Position numbers and translations under genes: made by a program
Part shown: positions 38,483 to 47,952 of the stretch, in pieces
Numbering within the stretch: the stretch's first letter is position 1
How the letters are laid out: each line of letters begins with the position of its first letter
Origin: Candidatus Multivoradales bacterium
GTDB lineage: Bacteria > Acidobacteriota > Thermoanaerobaculia > Multivoradales > Multivoraceae
Reading direction: 5' to 3'
Assembly (NCBI GenBank): GCA_965223325.1
Contig: CBDCWI010000001.1
Location: 1,824,001 to 1,888,000, forward strand
DNA length: 64,000 nucleotides
Notes under the pieces: generated by a model
What the model was told of the DNA's origin: nothing
What the model saw: the letters and a program-made list of their open reading frames with translations, nothing else
Databases searched by the model: none

Positions 38483-38974
38483 TCAGGTCGCCTGGCGGCC
38501 GTTACGTCCAAAGAACCAGACGGCCGGAAGACTCATCACCAGCGCGCCGACGACCAACTGAAAGAAGATCAGAAGGGCAAACGGTGCGGGGCGCGCCAAC
38601 GCCTTGACCCGCGCAAGCTGAGCCGCGCCCTCCTCTCCAGCCAGCCCCTGTTCGGCGATCCTCTGCTCGGCAGAGAGAACGATCCAGCGCAGGAGCGAAT
38701 CATCGATCCAGGCGTTGATCACGAAAACCGAGACGGCGTACAGCGCACTCCCCACCAACGCCACGACGGCCGCAAAGCGAAGAGCCTTCTTCCAGCTTCG
38801 ACCACTGCCGTCTGTTCGCCAGAGCCCGACGAGAATCGCGAGTGGAATGCTGACATAGAACGCCCAGGCATGCGGCGGCGGCCCGCCGTCTGCCAGCCAA
38901 CGAACGACGATCCCAAAAGTGACCAAAGCGACTCCGCACCCAACGCCGTAGGCAAGCGCTCGCGATTCGAACAT
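38483..38974 (-). CDS. Membrane protein (DUF4199-like)
   Basis: AGGAGG RBS; 4 TM segments with a helical soluble loop before the last one. Confidence 0.6.
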   Translation of the reverse strand: MFESRALAYGVGCGVALVTFGIVVRWLADGGPPPHAWAFYVSIPLAILVGLWRTDGSGRSWKKALRFAAVVALVGSALYAVSVFVINAWIDDSLLRWIVLSAEQRIAEQGLAGEEGAAQLARVKALARPAPFALLIFFQLVVGALVMSLPAVWFFGRNGRQAT

Positions 38975-39121
38975 GTTGTCCTCCTGTGACTCTAGTTGGC
39001 GGTGGGTACGCGCGGTCCTCCGGTGTGGTTCGGGAAGGGCCCCTGATTTGTCTCAGAGTTGCGTCTCAGCGACGCCTGGCGATGCAACTGGGCGTAGCCG
39101 ACAAGCGTAGAAAGAAGCGTC

Positions 39122-39955
39122 ATGGCAACCCACGTCGCACAGAAGATCCTCTGGCGCGGAACCGAGCGAGATTTCGAAGCGGTTCGCGTCCTCCACCGCC
39201 GAGGGCATCGCCTGCCGGTGCACAACCATCGGTACCCAGGCTTCGTGCTTTCCCTCAGGGGCAGCTTCGATGCCTGGATCGAGGGCACGCACTTCCGTGT
39301 CCAGGCGGGACAGGCGTTGGTCGTGCCCTCGTTTCTCAGACACAGCGAGGCTGTCGGCGCGCGCGGATCCGACGCCGTCGTCGCCACGATGCGCTCCTCG
39401 TGGCAGGGGCCGCGCGGCACCCTGGTGCTCCCGCGGCTCTTCGAGGGTGTCACCTTCGAGAGGCTTGCCCGCTGCCTGCGACTCGAGTTCAAAGGCCACG
39501 CCGGCGACCTGCCCCAGCCCGAAAGAGTTCGCGAACGTCTACTCGACACCGGAGAGGCGATGACACGCTGCCACCCCTTGCAACCACAACGACAGGGGCG
39601 ACCGCTCTGGCTCGAAACCGCGCGACAGATGCTCGACGAAAGCGACCAACGCCTCGAACTGCGTGAACTCGCAGCCGCTACAGGCATCGATCGATCGCAC
39701 CTTGCGCGTACCTGGAAGAACGTGTACGGCGTCTCGGTCGGTGTGTACGGTCGCCTGCGGCGACTCGAGAAGGCCTGCACCGATCTCGAACGATCCAACG
39801 ACCCCATCGCCGAGATCGCCCGCCGCTACGGCTTCGCCGACGGCGCGCACCTCGCCCATCGGCTGCAAGATGCCTACGGCGCAACCGCTAGTTGCTTTCG
39901 GAACGCGTCGAGGAACTTCCGCGGCGCCCCAAGCGACGCTTCAAGTGCTCCATGA
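39122..39955 (+). CDS. AraC family transcriptional regulator
   Basis: Cupin N-terminus (HNH..LRGSF) and dual HTH LRELAAATGIDRSHLAR..IAEIARRYGFADGAHL. Confidence 0.88.
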   Translation: MATHVAQKILWRGTERDFEAVRVLHRRGHRLPVHNHRYPGFVLSLRGSFDAWIEGTHFRVQAGQALVVPSFLRHSEAVGARGSDAVVATMRSSWQGPRGTLVLPRLFEGVTFERLARCLRLEFKGHAGDLPQPERVRERLLDTGEAMTRCHPLQPQRQGRPLWLETARQMLDESDQRLELRELAAATGIDRSHLARTWKNVYGVSVGVYGRLRRLEKACTDLERSNDPIAEIARRYGFADGAHLAHRLQDAYGATASCFRNASRNFRGAPSDASSAP

Positions 39956-42311
39956 GACCCCAGGCGAGGAGAACTGGCCATAGGACGAGAACCGCCCACA
40001 TCCCGATCGAGGCTCGATTCGAGAGCGCCAGAAAGGTATTGCCGCCGAACACATTGTCGTTGACCAGGTAGGTCCAGGTTGCGCTCGGCCCAGTCAAGCC
40101 AGCGCGCTCCCAGTCGACTCCATCTGCTGTCACCTCAATGCGCTCGAAGGTCTCGTCGATCTGCTGGTCGATACGACTGATCATGTCCTCGAAGGCGACC
40201 TGTGCCGTGCGATAGAACTCGGTCACTGGGTCGCGTCCGTCGAGCGTCACCAGGTGGACCTCGTCGCGCAACGCCTGCATGTCTTCGAGGTGCTCGCTCC
40301 AACAGCGATCGATCGCAATGAGAGTGAGTCGCCGCTCGATACCCGCGAGGACCTGCTCGCCGCAAAGCACCTCGAGCTCCTGCCATCGAGAGTGCTGAGG
40401 CAGCAGTCGCTTCTTCGGTCGCCCTTCGAGCACCGCCTGGCGCCATTTCTCGAGCTCGAGGCGCTGGCGTTCGATCAGATGTGCGAAGCGCAGAAGTCGC
40501 GCTCGCACATCGGCGTGCTCGCCCTCGATGATGCGTTGCGCACGCTCGACCTCGCGACGCACGACGGCCGAGTCGAGCTCGGAACTGAGCGCAGGGTCGG
40601 CAGCCAGCGCCGCGCGCAGCTTCTTCGGCAGGAGCCCCTCGATACCGTAGCGTCGCAGCAAGGGGTCCTCGAGGCTGATGAAGAAGCGCGTCGTTCCCGG
40701 GTCGCCCTGACGCCCGGCGCGACCACGTAGCTGGTCGTCGATCCGCCGACTCTCGTGCCGGTTGGTGCCGAGAACGTACAGACCGCCGAGGTTCACCACT
40801 TCGTCGCGCTTGGCTTCGGTGGAGCCACCAAGCCTGATGTCGGTGCCTCGGCCGGCCATGTTGGTGGCGATCGTGATCGCCGAAGGAGCGCCGGCCTCGG
40901 CCACGATCTCGGCTTCTCGCGCATCGTGGCGGGCGTTCAACACCCGGCATTCGAGACCCCTCCCAGCGAGATCAGCCGCGAGGCCCTCCGACTCCTCGAC
41001 ACTGGCGGTGCCCACCAGAATCGGCCGACCCGCAGCATGCACCGTCGCAATCTCTTCCTGAACACGTCGCCGTTTGGCAAAAGCGTCGGCAAACAGGACG
41101 TCGTCCTGGTCGACCCGCGCACAAGGCCGGTGCGGCGGGATGGAAACGACCTCGAGGCCATAGACCGCGCGCAGCTCATCACGCGCCGTCTCGGCCGTAG
41201 CCGTCATGCCACACAACCATCGGTACCTCTGCAGCAAATGCTGCACGGTGATCGAGCCGAGTATCCGACCGTCGGCCTGGGAACTCACGCCCTCCTTGGC
41301 CAGGACCGCTGCCTGGAGACCGTCTGGCCACTGCCGATTCACAGCCACGCGGCCGGTCAGTTCGTCGACCAGCTCGACCTTGTCATTGCGCACCAGATAG
41401 TCGACGTCTCGTCGCAGGAGAACTTCGGCGTGAACGGCGTGGCGCAGCTCGGCCTGGAGGCGCGCATTCTCGGGCGCAAACAGGTTCCCACAGTGCAGAG
41501 TGCGCTCGGCGAAAGCGACGCCTTCTTCGGTCAGGAAGATGTTGCGGGCATGCTCGTCGGTCGCCCAGTGCTGGTCAACGCGGAGTCGTCGGGCCAACTC
41601 GGCCAGGCGCCCGAGCCCCCGCTGCTCACCGGCCTCATGTCCTGCGATCACCAGAGGGATTCGAGCTTCGTCGATCATCAGAGAATCCGCCTCGTCGACG
41701 AGTACGTTGGCGAACTCACGTTGGACCTGATCGTGCAGTTCGAGGCACAGCCCGTCGCGCAGGCAGTCGAACCCCGCCTCCTTGACCGTCAGGTAGGTCA
41801 CATGAGAGGCATAGGCGAGCTTGCGTTCGCACCTCGACATGTCGGCCGTTACACAGCCAACCGACAGACCGAGGGACTCATAGATCGGCCCCATCCACGC
41901 CGCATCGCGCTCTGCGAGGTAGTCGTTGTAGGTCAACACATGGACTCCGTCGCCGGAAAGAGCACGCCGCACCACCGGTGCCACCGCCGCCAGGGTCTTG
42001 CCTTCGCCGGTGCCCATCTCGATCAGGGATCCGGCGTCGAGGGCCAGCCCAGCCATGATCTGCGTTTCGAAGGGAGTCTCACCGAGCACTCGCCGCGCCG
42101 TCTCACCCACCAGCGCAAAGAGCTCGACCCGCGCCGCATCATCCACATCGCTCCGGCCATCGGGTGGACCGCACCGCTGGAGCGCCGAGAAGCGCGCCGA
42201 GAGCGCCTCCTGGTCGAGACCCATCATCTCGGCGGAGCGCGCGGCAACGCGGCTGGCGAGCTCCTCGAGGTGGGCGAGGTCAGGCGTCCTGGTTTTTCGT
42301 TCGGTCTCCAT
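39888..42311 (-). CDS. secA2: Accessory SecA paralogue (SecA2-like) with C-terminal hydrophobic segment
   Basis: EMGTGEGKT, NDYLAERDA, VDEADSLMIDEA, ATNMAGRGTDI and QLRGRAGRQGDPG. It is short (807 aa), has no C-terminal Zn motif and ends with PSATWTYLVNDN plus a hydrophobic stretch. Confidence 0.88.
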   Translation of the reverse strand: METERKTRTPDLAHLEELASRVAARSAEMMGLDQEALSARFSALQRCGPPDGRSDVDDAARVELFALVGETARRVLGETPFETQIMAGLALDAGSLIEMGTGEGKTLAAVAPVVRRALSGDGVHVLTYNDYLAERDAAWMGPIYESLGLSVGCVTADMSRCERKLAYASHVTYLTVKEAGFDCLRDGLCLELHDQVQREFANVLVDEADSLMIDEARIPLVIAGHEAGEQRGLGRLAELARRLRVDQHWATDEHARNIFLTEEGVAFAERTLHCGNLFAPENARLQAELRHAVHAEVLLRRDVDYLVRNDKVELVDELTGRVAVNRQWPDGLQAAVLAKEGVSSQADGRILGSITVQHLLQRYRWLCGMTATAETARDELRAVYGLEVVSIPPHRPCARVDQDDVLFADAFAKRRRVQEEIATVHAAGRPILVGTASVEESEGLAADLAGRGLECRVLNARHDAREAEIVAEAGAPSAITIATNMAGRGTDIRLGGSTEAKRDEVVNLGGLYVLGTNRHESRRIDDQLRGRAGRQGDPGTTRFFISLEDPLLRRYGIEGLLPKKLRAALAADPALSSELDSAVVRREVERAQRIIEGEHADVRARLLRFAHLIERQRLELEKWRQAVLEGRPKKRLLPQHSRWQELEVLCGEQVLAGIERRLTLIAIDRCWSEHLEDMQALRDEVHLVTLDGRDPVTEFYRTAQVAFEDMISRIDQQIDETFERIEVTADGVDWERAGLTGPSATWTYLVNDNVFGGNTFLALSNRASIGMWAVLVLWPVLLAWGLMEHLKRRLGRRGSSSTRSESN

Positions 42312-42424
42312 CGCACCGAATCTACGTGCTCGAGCGACTCGATCTTCGCATCCAGACCTCGAGTCGCCGTCCGATAGGCTCTGGGACGAATCCCACCTGC
42401 AGTCCAGACGACAGGAGCACCCCT

Positions 42425-43765
42425 ATGCCGAAGTCCCCCGCCGAGACACCCAGGAAGTCAGAGGTCGCTCTCGACCGGCGCCAACTCATCGGCGGCACCG
42501 CCGCTCTGGCGGCAGGCGCCGCCCTCTCAGGCACCCAGGCGCGCTCGCGCGCCGTCGACCAGATCGGTGGGCGCGAGATCCGCGTCGCGCTGGTGGGCTG
42601 CGGCGGGCGTGGCACCGGCGCAGCAGCGCAAGCGCTCGCCACCGAGGGGCCCGTCAAGCTAGTGGCCATGGCCGACGCCTTCGAAGACCGCCTCGGGAAA
42701 AGCCTCGAGAACCTCCAGAAGGTCACCGGGGAGCGCCAACAAGCTCAGCGCCTCGACGTGCCGCCCGAGAATCGCTACGTGGGCTTCGACGCCTACCGGA
42801 AAGCGATCGACGCCGGCGCCGACATGGTGATTCTGGCGACGCCACCGGGATTCCGGCCCGAACATTTCGCCTACGCCATCGAGTCCGGCAAACACGTCTT
42901 CATGGAAAAACCGGTTGCCGTCGACGCACCTGGCATTCGTTCAGTCATGGAGACTGCGAAGCTGTCGAAGGAAAAGGGCCTCAAGGTCGGCGTTGGCCTG
43001 CAGCGCCATCACTACCCGCTGTACCAGGAGACCGTCGCACGCATTCACGACGGCGCTATCGGCGACGTCGTCGCACAGCGCGTGTATTGGAACTCCTCGG
43101 GCGTCTGGGTGCGACCGCGCGAACCCCAGCAGACCGAAATGGAATACCAGATGCGTAACTGGTACTACTTCAACTGGCTGTGTGGCGACCACATCGTCGA
43201 ACAACACATCCACAACCTGGACGTTGCCAACTGGGTCAAGAACGCTCACCCCGTCGAAGCCCAGGGGCAGGGCGGGCGCCAGGTGCGCAACGGTCTCGAC
43301 CACGGCGAGATCTTCGACCACCACATGGTCGAGTACACCTACGCCGACGGCTCCACCATGTCGAGCCAGTGCCGCCACATCCCGGGTTGCTGGGAACAGG
43401 TCGCCGAGTTCGCTCACGGCTCGAAGGGAAGCGCCGAGGTCGCAGCCGGCGTTCTTCACATGAAGGGCCGGGACACCTGGTACTTCGGCGAAGACGAGGA
43501 CGACCCCTACCAGCTCGAGCATGACCACCTGTTCGCCGCCATGCGCGAAGGCACCGAGTTCAACGAGGCCGAGCACGGCGCCATCGCCACCATGACCGCG
43601 ATCCTCGGGCGCATGGCGACCTACACCGGTAAGAAGATCACCTGGGACGAGGCCCTGGCTTCGACCGAGCGTCTGGCGCCCGAGCGCTACGCTTTCGACG
43701 CCAACCCGCCCTCGCTGCCGGATGAGGACGGCCGCTACGCGATCGCGGTGCCTGGCAAGAGCTGA
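42425..43765 (+). CDS. Tat-exported Gfo/Idh/MocA family oxidoreductase
   Basis: Twin-Arg signal DRRQLI; LVGCGGRGTGA, ATPPGFRP, GKHVFMEKP and EQHIHNLDV. AGGAG RBS before ATG 42425. Confidence 0.92.
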   Translation: MPKSPAETPRKSEVALDRRQLIGGTAALAAGAALSGTQARSRAVDQIGGREIRVALVGCGGRGTGAAAQALATEGPVKLVAMADAFEDRLGKSLENLQKVTGERQQAQRLDVPPENRYVGFDAYRKAIDAGADMVILATPPGFRPEHFAYAIESGKHVFMEKPVAVDAPGIRSVMETAKLSKEKGLKVGVGLQRHHYPLYQETVARIHDGAIGDVVAQRVYWNSSGVWVRPREPQQTEMEYQMRNWYYFNWLCGDHIVEQHIHNLDVANWVKNAHPVEAQGQGGRQVRNGLDHGEIFDHHMVEYTYADGSTMSSQCRHIPGCWEQVAEFAHGSKGSAEVAAGVLHMKGRDTWYFGEDEDDPYQLEHDHLFAAMREGTEFNEAEHGAIATMTAILGRMATYTGKKITWDEALASTERLAPERYAFDANPPSLPDEDGRYAIAVPGKS

Positions 43766-43916
43766 GTTGGAATGACCCTCGGGGGGAATCGCTCGACCGA
43801 ATGGTGAAACCCTGGTGGCGGTCGGGAGGTAAGAACAGGAGCCCCCTTTCGGGGCGATCTCCCTACCACACCGTCTCCCAGGGTTCTGGCCAACCAGAGG
43901 ACGGGCCGAGGCTCCG

Positions 43917-45239
43917 ATGAACGACAGCGCGGCGCTCGCCGAACGACTGAATGAAGGCTGCCACTGTGTCTCGGTCGACCGTGTGGCCCTTCGGCAGGCA
44001 CTGGCCGAGCGGCTCCCGGCGGGGGTGGTTTCTCATGACCCCCAAGCAATTCTCCCAGGGCGGGACGCGCTCTTTTCCGACTCGCCGGTCTTTCTCGGTT
44101 CGTTCTGGCGCGATCGCATCAACCAGACGATTGAAGCGATCGCCACGCTCGTCGCCCATCCCGACTACCAGCGGCTGGCCCTCAACCGCGCTCCGCACTC
44201 CGCTCGGTTCGACCCTGGTACTTCGGGTGGTCTGCTCGGCTTCGACTTCCACCTCGCCGAAGACGGCCCCCAACTGATCGAGGTCAACACCAACCCCGGC
44301 GGAGCTCTCCTCGGCGTCTTGCAGGCCGACGCACAAGCTGCCTGCTGTAGCGAGGTCGCCGCCGCAACCACCGAGCGCCACGGGTTGGCCGAGCGCGAGC
44401 ACCAACTCGCCCGTGCGCTCCTCGGCGAAGCGAAGCCAGGGCAGACGGTCAAGACGGTCGCCATCGTTGATACCGACCCGACGTCGCAGTTTCTCTACCC
44501 TGAAATGCTGCTCTACCAACGCACCTTCGAGCGCCTCGGCCTCACCGCCCGTGTCGTCGGCCCGGAAGAAACAGTCTTCGACAACGGTCGGTTGCATTTC
44601 CGGGAAAGGGAACTCGGCCGAGACAAGGAACCTGGCCGAGATCGAGATCTCGGCACAGAGCCCATCGACCTGGTCTACAACCGGCTCACCGACTTCGGCC
44701 TTGTCGAACCAGCCCAGCAGCCGATTCTCGATGCCTACCTGAACGAGGCCATCGCGCTGACGCCCAATCCCCGCGACCACGCACTGTGGGCGGACAAGCG
44801 CAACCTGGTCGTCATTTCAGACCCGGAACTGCTCGCACGCATCGGAATCCCAGCGGCGGTTACCGCGACGCTGAGGCAACACGTTCCGCGGACCATCGAC
44901 GTCATGACGGCCGACCCTGAAGAGCTTTGGTCCGAACGCAAGCGCTGGTTCATGAAGCCCGTCGCCGGTTTCGGAAGCCGCGGCACCTACGATGGCGCAC
45001 GCATCACGCGCAAGACCTTCGCAAGGGTTTTAGAAGACGGCTACGTCGCCCAGCGGAAGGTGCCGCCCGGAGAGCGGGTCTTGCATGTCGACGGCGAGGA
45101 GCGCCGCCTCAAGGTCGACATTCGGGCACTCGCCTATCGTGGTGAGCTGCTGTGGCTCTCTGCCCGCCTCTACCGCGGTCAGACGACCAACATGCGAACC
45201 GAAGGCGGTGGGCTGGCGACCGTGTTCGTCGTCCCCTGA
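43917..45239 (+). CDS. ATP-grasp-like ligase (glutathione synthetase / circularly permuted ATP-grasp-like)
   Basis: GFDFHL..PQLIEVNTNPGG, IDLVYNRLTD, WADKRNL, FMKPVAGFGSRG, YVAQ and RLYRGQTTN..GG. Confidence 0.7.
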   Translation: MNDSAALAERLNEGCHCVSVDRVALRQALAERLPAGVVSHDPQAILPGRDALFSDSPVFLGSFWRDRINQTIEAIATLVAHPDYQRLALNRAPHSARFDPGTSGGLLGFDFHLAEDGPQLIEVNTNPGGALLGVLQADAQAACCSEVAAATTERHGLAEREHQLARALLGEAKPGQTVKTVAIVDTDPTSQFLYPEMLLYQRTFERLGLTARVVGPEETVFDNGRLHFRERELGRDKEPGRDRDLGTEPIDLVYNRLTDFGLVEPAQQPILDAYLNEAIALTPNPRDHALWADKRNLVVISDPELLARIGIPAAVTATLRQHVPRTIDVMTADPEELWSERKRWFMKPVAGFGSRGTYDGARITRKTFARVLEDGYVAQRKVPPGERVLHVDGEERRLKVDIRALAYRGELLWLSARLYRGQTTNMRTEGGGLATVFVVP

Positions 45240-45281
45240 GCTGGGGCACCCGAGCCCCGTCGACGTGGGCCCCTTGGGACC

Positions 45282-45857
45282 CTAGTCTGCGAGCTCGTCG
45301 ATCTCCACGACCACCCACAGCATGGGTGACGGGCCGTCGTCTGCGGGCCGCATCTGGGTCGTGATCATGGCGCGCTCGCCGAAGGCGGTGGCGATGGTGG
45401 GGGCCGAGAGGACTTCACCCTCTTTGGCGATCTCGAAGTAGACCCGAGCCAGAGGTTGGCCGTCGTCGGTCGTCATTCGGTCGACCTTCATCCGCACGTC
45501 GACCGACGTGCCCTGGACGATCGAACCCGCGGTGAGCTCGCCGCCAGTCGAGGCGAGATAGTCGGCCTGGGCGCGCATGGTGTGGATCGACTGCAGGCCG
45601 AAAAGGTTCGCGAGTTCCTCGTCGTCTCGCCGGAAGTCCCACTCGATCAGTTCGTCGACGACGTCTTCTCCCACCGGCGGTGGCGCCGTGAGGTTGCCAT
45701 CTCGATCACCGAGAAGGAGCGCCCAGCGCACGAGCAACCGCCCCTCTTCCTCGGAAGGACTGGCTTCCTGGGCCGTGATGAGTGTCATGGGTGCGAAGAC
45801 GAAAAGGGCAGCGGCAATCGCGGGCCCGCGTGAGACAAGAGGAAGGGAACGGATCAT
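45282..45857 (-). CDS. Secreted hypothetical protein, third gene of ECF triad
   Basis: ATGA overlap with the anti-sigma gene; signal peptide; beta-rich C-terminus. Confidence 0.65.
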   Translation of the reverse strand: MIRSLPLVSRGPAIAAALFVFAPMTLITAQEASPSEEEGRLLVRWALLLGDRDGNLTAPPPVGEDVVDELIEWDFRRDDEELANLFGLQSIHTMRAQADYLASTGGELTAGSIVQGTSVDVRMKVDRMTTDDGQPLARVYFEIAKEGEVLSAPTIATAFGERAMITTQMRPADDGPSPMLWVVVEIDELAD

Positions 45858-46216
45858 CCTTGGGGTCTCTTTCCTGGTTCATTGGTCGGGCCACCGGCCA
45901 GCTGGTCGAGTGGCACGTAGAGTCGTGTTCCCGTCGAGAGCGGAACCATCAGCACCGTCGCCGGAACCTCGACAACAGCCTCCCGACCCGCCTGCTCTGT
46001 CGTCGGTGCTTCGAAGCGAGCCGGCCGGAGGAAGAGGGCAACGGCCGCGAGCGCAACGATCGCCAGAGCAGCGGCCAGCGCCAACAGAGGCCGCCGGCGC
46101 GGTGGTGGCCGCTCGGGCAACATGCTGGCGAGTCTCGAATCGACGGTGCGAGCGGGGCGTTTGACCCAGCGTTCGATTTCTCCGAGCGCGGGCTCGATGT
46201 CGGGCTGTTCTTTCAC
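45854..46216 (-). CDS. Putative small single-TM anti-sigma factor
   Basis: GTGA overlap with the ECF stop; RRRPLLALAAALAIVALAAVALFL TM. Confidence 0.7.
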   Translation of the reverse strand: MKEQPDIEPALGEIERWVKRPARTVDSRLASMLPERPPPRRRPLLALAAALAIVALAAVALFLRPARFEAPTTEQAGREAVVEVPATVLMVPLSTGTRLYVPLDQLAGGPTNEPGKRPQG

Positions 46217-46818
46217 AACGAAACTCGGCCTTTCCTCACCGCACCGTCCTGGGCATTCTCGACCCGAGCCGAGAGGCCTCGATCCTCAGCTACCAGGGCG
46301 CGCAATCGACGGAGGGCGCGCCAACGATGGACCCGAACCGTGGCGACACTCATCCCGAGGCTCCGAGCGGCCTCACGATCCGAGTGGCCTTCGATCTCAC
46401 AGACAACCAGCACCGCCCGCTGCCGCGGTGACAACAGGGCGAGCAACCGCGGCACATCGAGATGCGCCGAGCCGTGCGCCGATACCGCCCAGTCATGGTC
46501 TGCGAGTGGCATCTCGCGCTCGAACCGGTGGGCGCTGCGAAAACAGCGACGGGCGACGATCCGTCGTAGCCACGAAGGAAACGCCTGGGGGGAACGCAGC
46601 TGCTGAAGCTTCTGCCAGGCGTCGATGACGGCTTCTTGCACGACGTCTTCGGCGTCGGCCTCGCGGACCAGGACCGAGCGTGCCAGGGCCACCAGTGACG
46701 GCCACTGGGCTTCGACGAGCGCTGCGAACGCGTCGCGGTCACCAAGAGAGGCGCGCTCGACCAGCGCAGCGTCGTGCTGTTGGTTGTTTGGCGGGCGAGC
46801 ATCACTTTCCTCCTCCAC
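46213..46818 (-). CDS. ECF RNA polymerase sigma factor
   Basis: GDRDAFAALV, DAEDVVQEA..AFPSWLRRI and LSPRQRAVL..SVATVRVHRWRA. Start is uncertain (46884 or 46818). Confidence 0.9.
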   Translation of the reverse strand: MEEESDARPPNNQQHDAALVERASLGDRDAFAALVEAQWPSLVALARSVLVREADAEDVVQEAVIDAWQKLQQLRSPQAFPSWLRRIVARRCFRSAHRFEREMPLADHDWAVSAHGSAHLDVPRLLALLSPRQRAVLVVCEIEGHSDREAARSLGMSVATVRVHRWRALRRLRALVAEDRGLSARVENAQDGAVRKGRVSL

Positions 46819-46900
46819 GACAGGAAGAGGCCCCAAAAGGGGGCAACCGTTTACAGCCGGCAGAGACAAATCAGAGGCCCTCACTCCCGCTCGCCAGGCG

Positions 46901-47854
46901 TCAGCTGAAGGCGTCGACCTCGCGATAGGCCTCGATCACTGCGCGCTCCCCTTCGCGCCCGGCACGCGAGTTGCCGTGCTCCATACCGACAACGCCAGCA
47001 AAGCCCTTCTGGTGCAAATGTCTGAAGACGTTCTTGTAGTTGATCTCGCCGGTCGTCGGCTCCTTGCGGCCGGGGTTGTCGCCGACCTGAATGTAGGCGA
47101 CCTCCGACCAGGCAGAGTCCAGGTTGGGGATCAAATGACCTTCGGTGATCTGCTGGTGGTAGAGATCATCGAGAATCTTCACTGACGGACTGTCGACCGC
47201 ACGACACACCATGTAGGCCTGAGGGATGCCGGTCAAGAACACGCCTGGATGGTTGACGCGGTGGTTGAGCGGCTCGAGCACCAGCACCAGCCCTGACGGT
47301 TCGCAGATCTCAGCCGCCCGCCGCAGGTTGTCGACCACGTTCGCAGTCTGGTACGCCATATGAAGCTTCGCATCGAGCCCGCCCGGCACCACCGTCGACC
47401 AGCGCGCGTTGACCCGCTTGGCGACTTCGACTGCGTTGCGGATGTCTTTCTCGATCGCCGGCCAGACATCGTCGTGATGACCTGCAAACGACACCTTGCC
47501 CCAGGACGTGTGGGCAACGAAGACCCCCATCGTCATATCGAGGCGTTGGAGGGTGGTGGCGATGCGCTTTTGTTCTTCGATGGGGCGCTCGCTCATGCCG
47601 TTGTCTTCGAGCGCCCGGAAGCCCTCGGCATGCATGAACTCGAGTTGGCCCACGAGGTCCTCGCCTGCGTGGTGGCGGAACATGCCGAAGTGGGGTGCAT
47701 AGTTGAGTTGGAAGGTCGAACCGGTAGGCGCTTTTTGGCCGATCGGTCGCGCTGCGGCGGGAGCCCCGGCAAGAGCAGCCGAGGCGGCACCGCCGAGCCC
47801 GAGCCCCAGCAGGCCACGCCGTGTCCACTCTACGGATTCTGTTGGTTGCGTCAT
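46901..47854 (-). CDS. Tat-exported hydroxypyruvate isomerase / xylose-isomerase-like TIM barrel protein
   Basis: TRRGLL Tat signal, LEPLN, DDLYHQQITEG, QVGDNPGRKEPTTGEINY and GMEH. Confidence 0.9.
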   Translation of the reverse strand: MTQPTESVEWTRRGLLGLGLGGAASAALAGAPAAARPIGQKAPTGSTFQLNYAPHFGMFRHHAGEDLVGQLEFMHAEGFRALEDNGMSERPIEEQKRIATTLQRLDMTMGVFVAHTSWGKVSFAGHHDDVWPAIEKDIRNAVEVAKRVNARWSTVVPGGLDAKLHMAYQTANVVDNLRRAAEICEPSGLVLVLEPLNHRVNHPGVFLTGIPQAYMVCRAVDSPSVKILDDLYHQQITEGHLIPNLDSAWSEVAYIQVGDNPGRKEPTTGEINYKNVFRHLHQKGFAGVVGMEHGNSRAGREGERAVIEAYREVDAFS

Positions 47855-47952
47855 GATGGAAGCAGCTTACCGCCCGCGCGGGAACTCCCGTCACCCCCTG
47901 GGGGTCGTATGGGTAGCCATATGCCGTTCCAACGAGTGAGACCACGAGCGAA

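Noticed and set aside
40755-42377. Long antisense ORFs (for example 40755..42377, 32899..34206, 54849..56105)
   Set aside because: These are typical shadow ORFs of GC-rich genes, lying opposite well-supported CDS.
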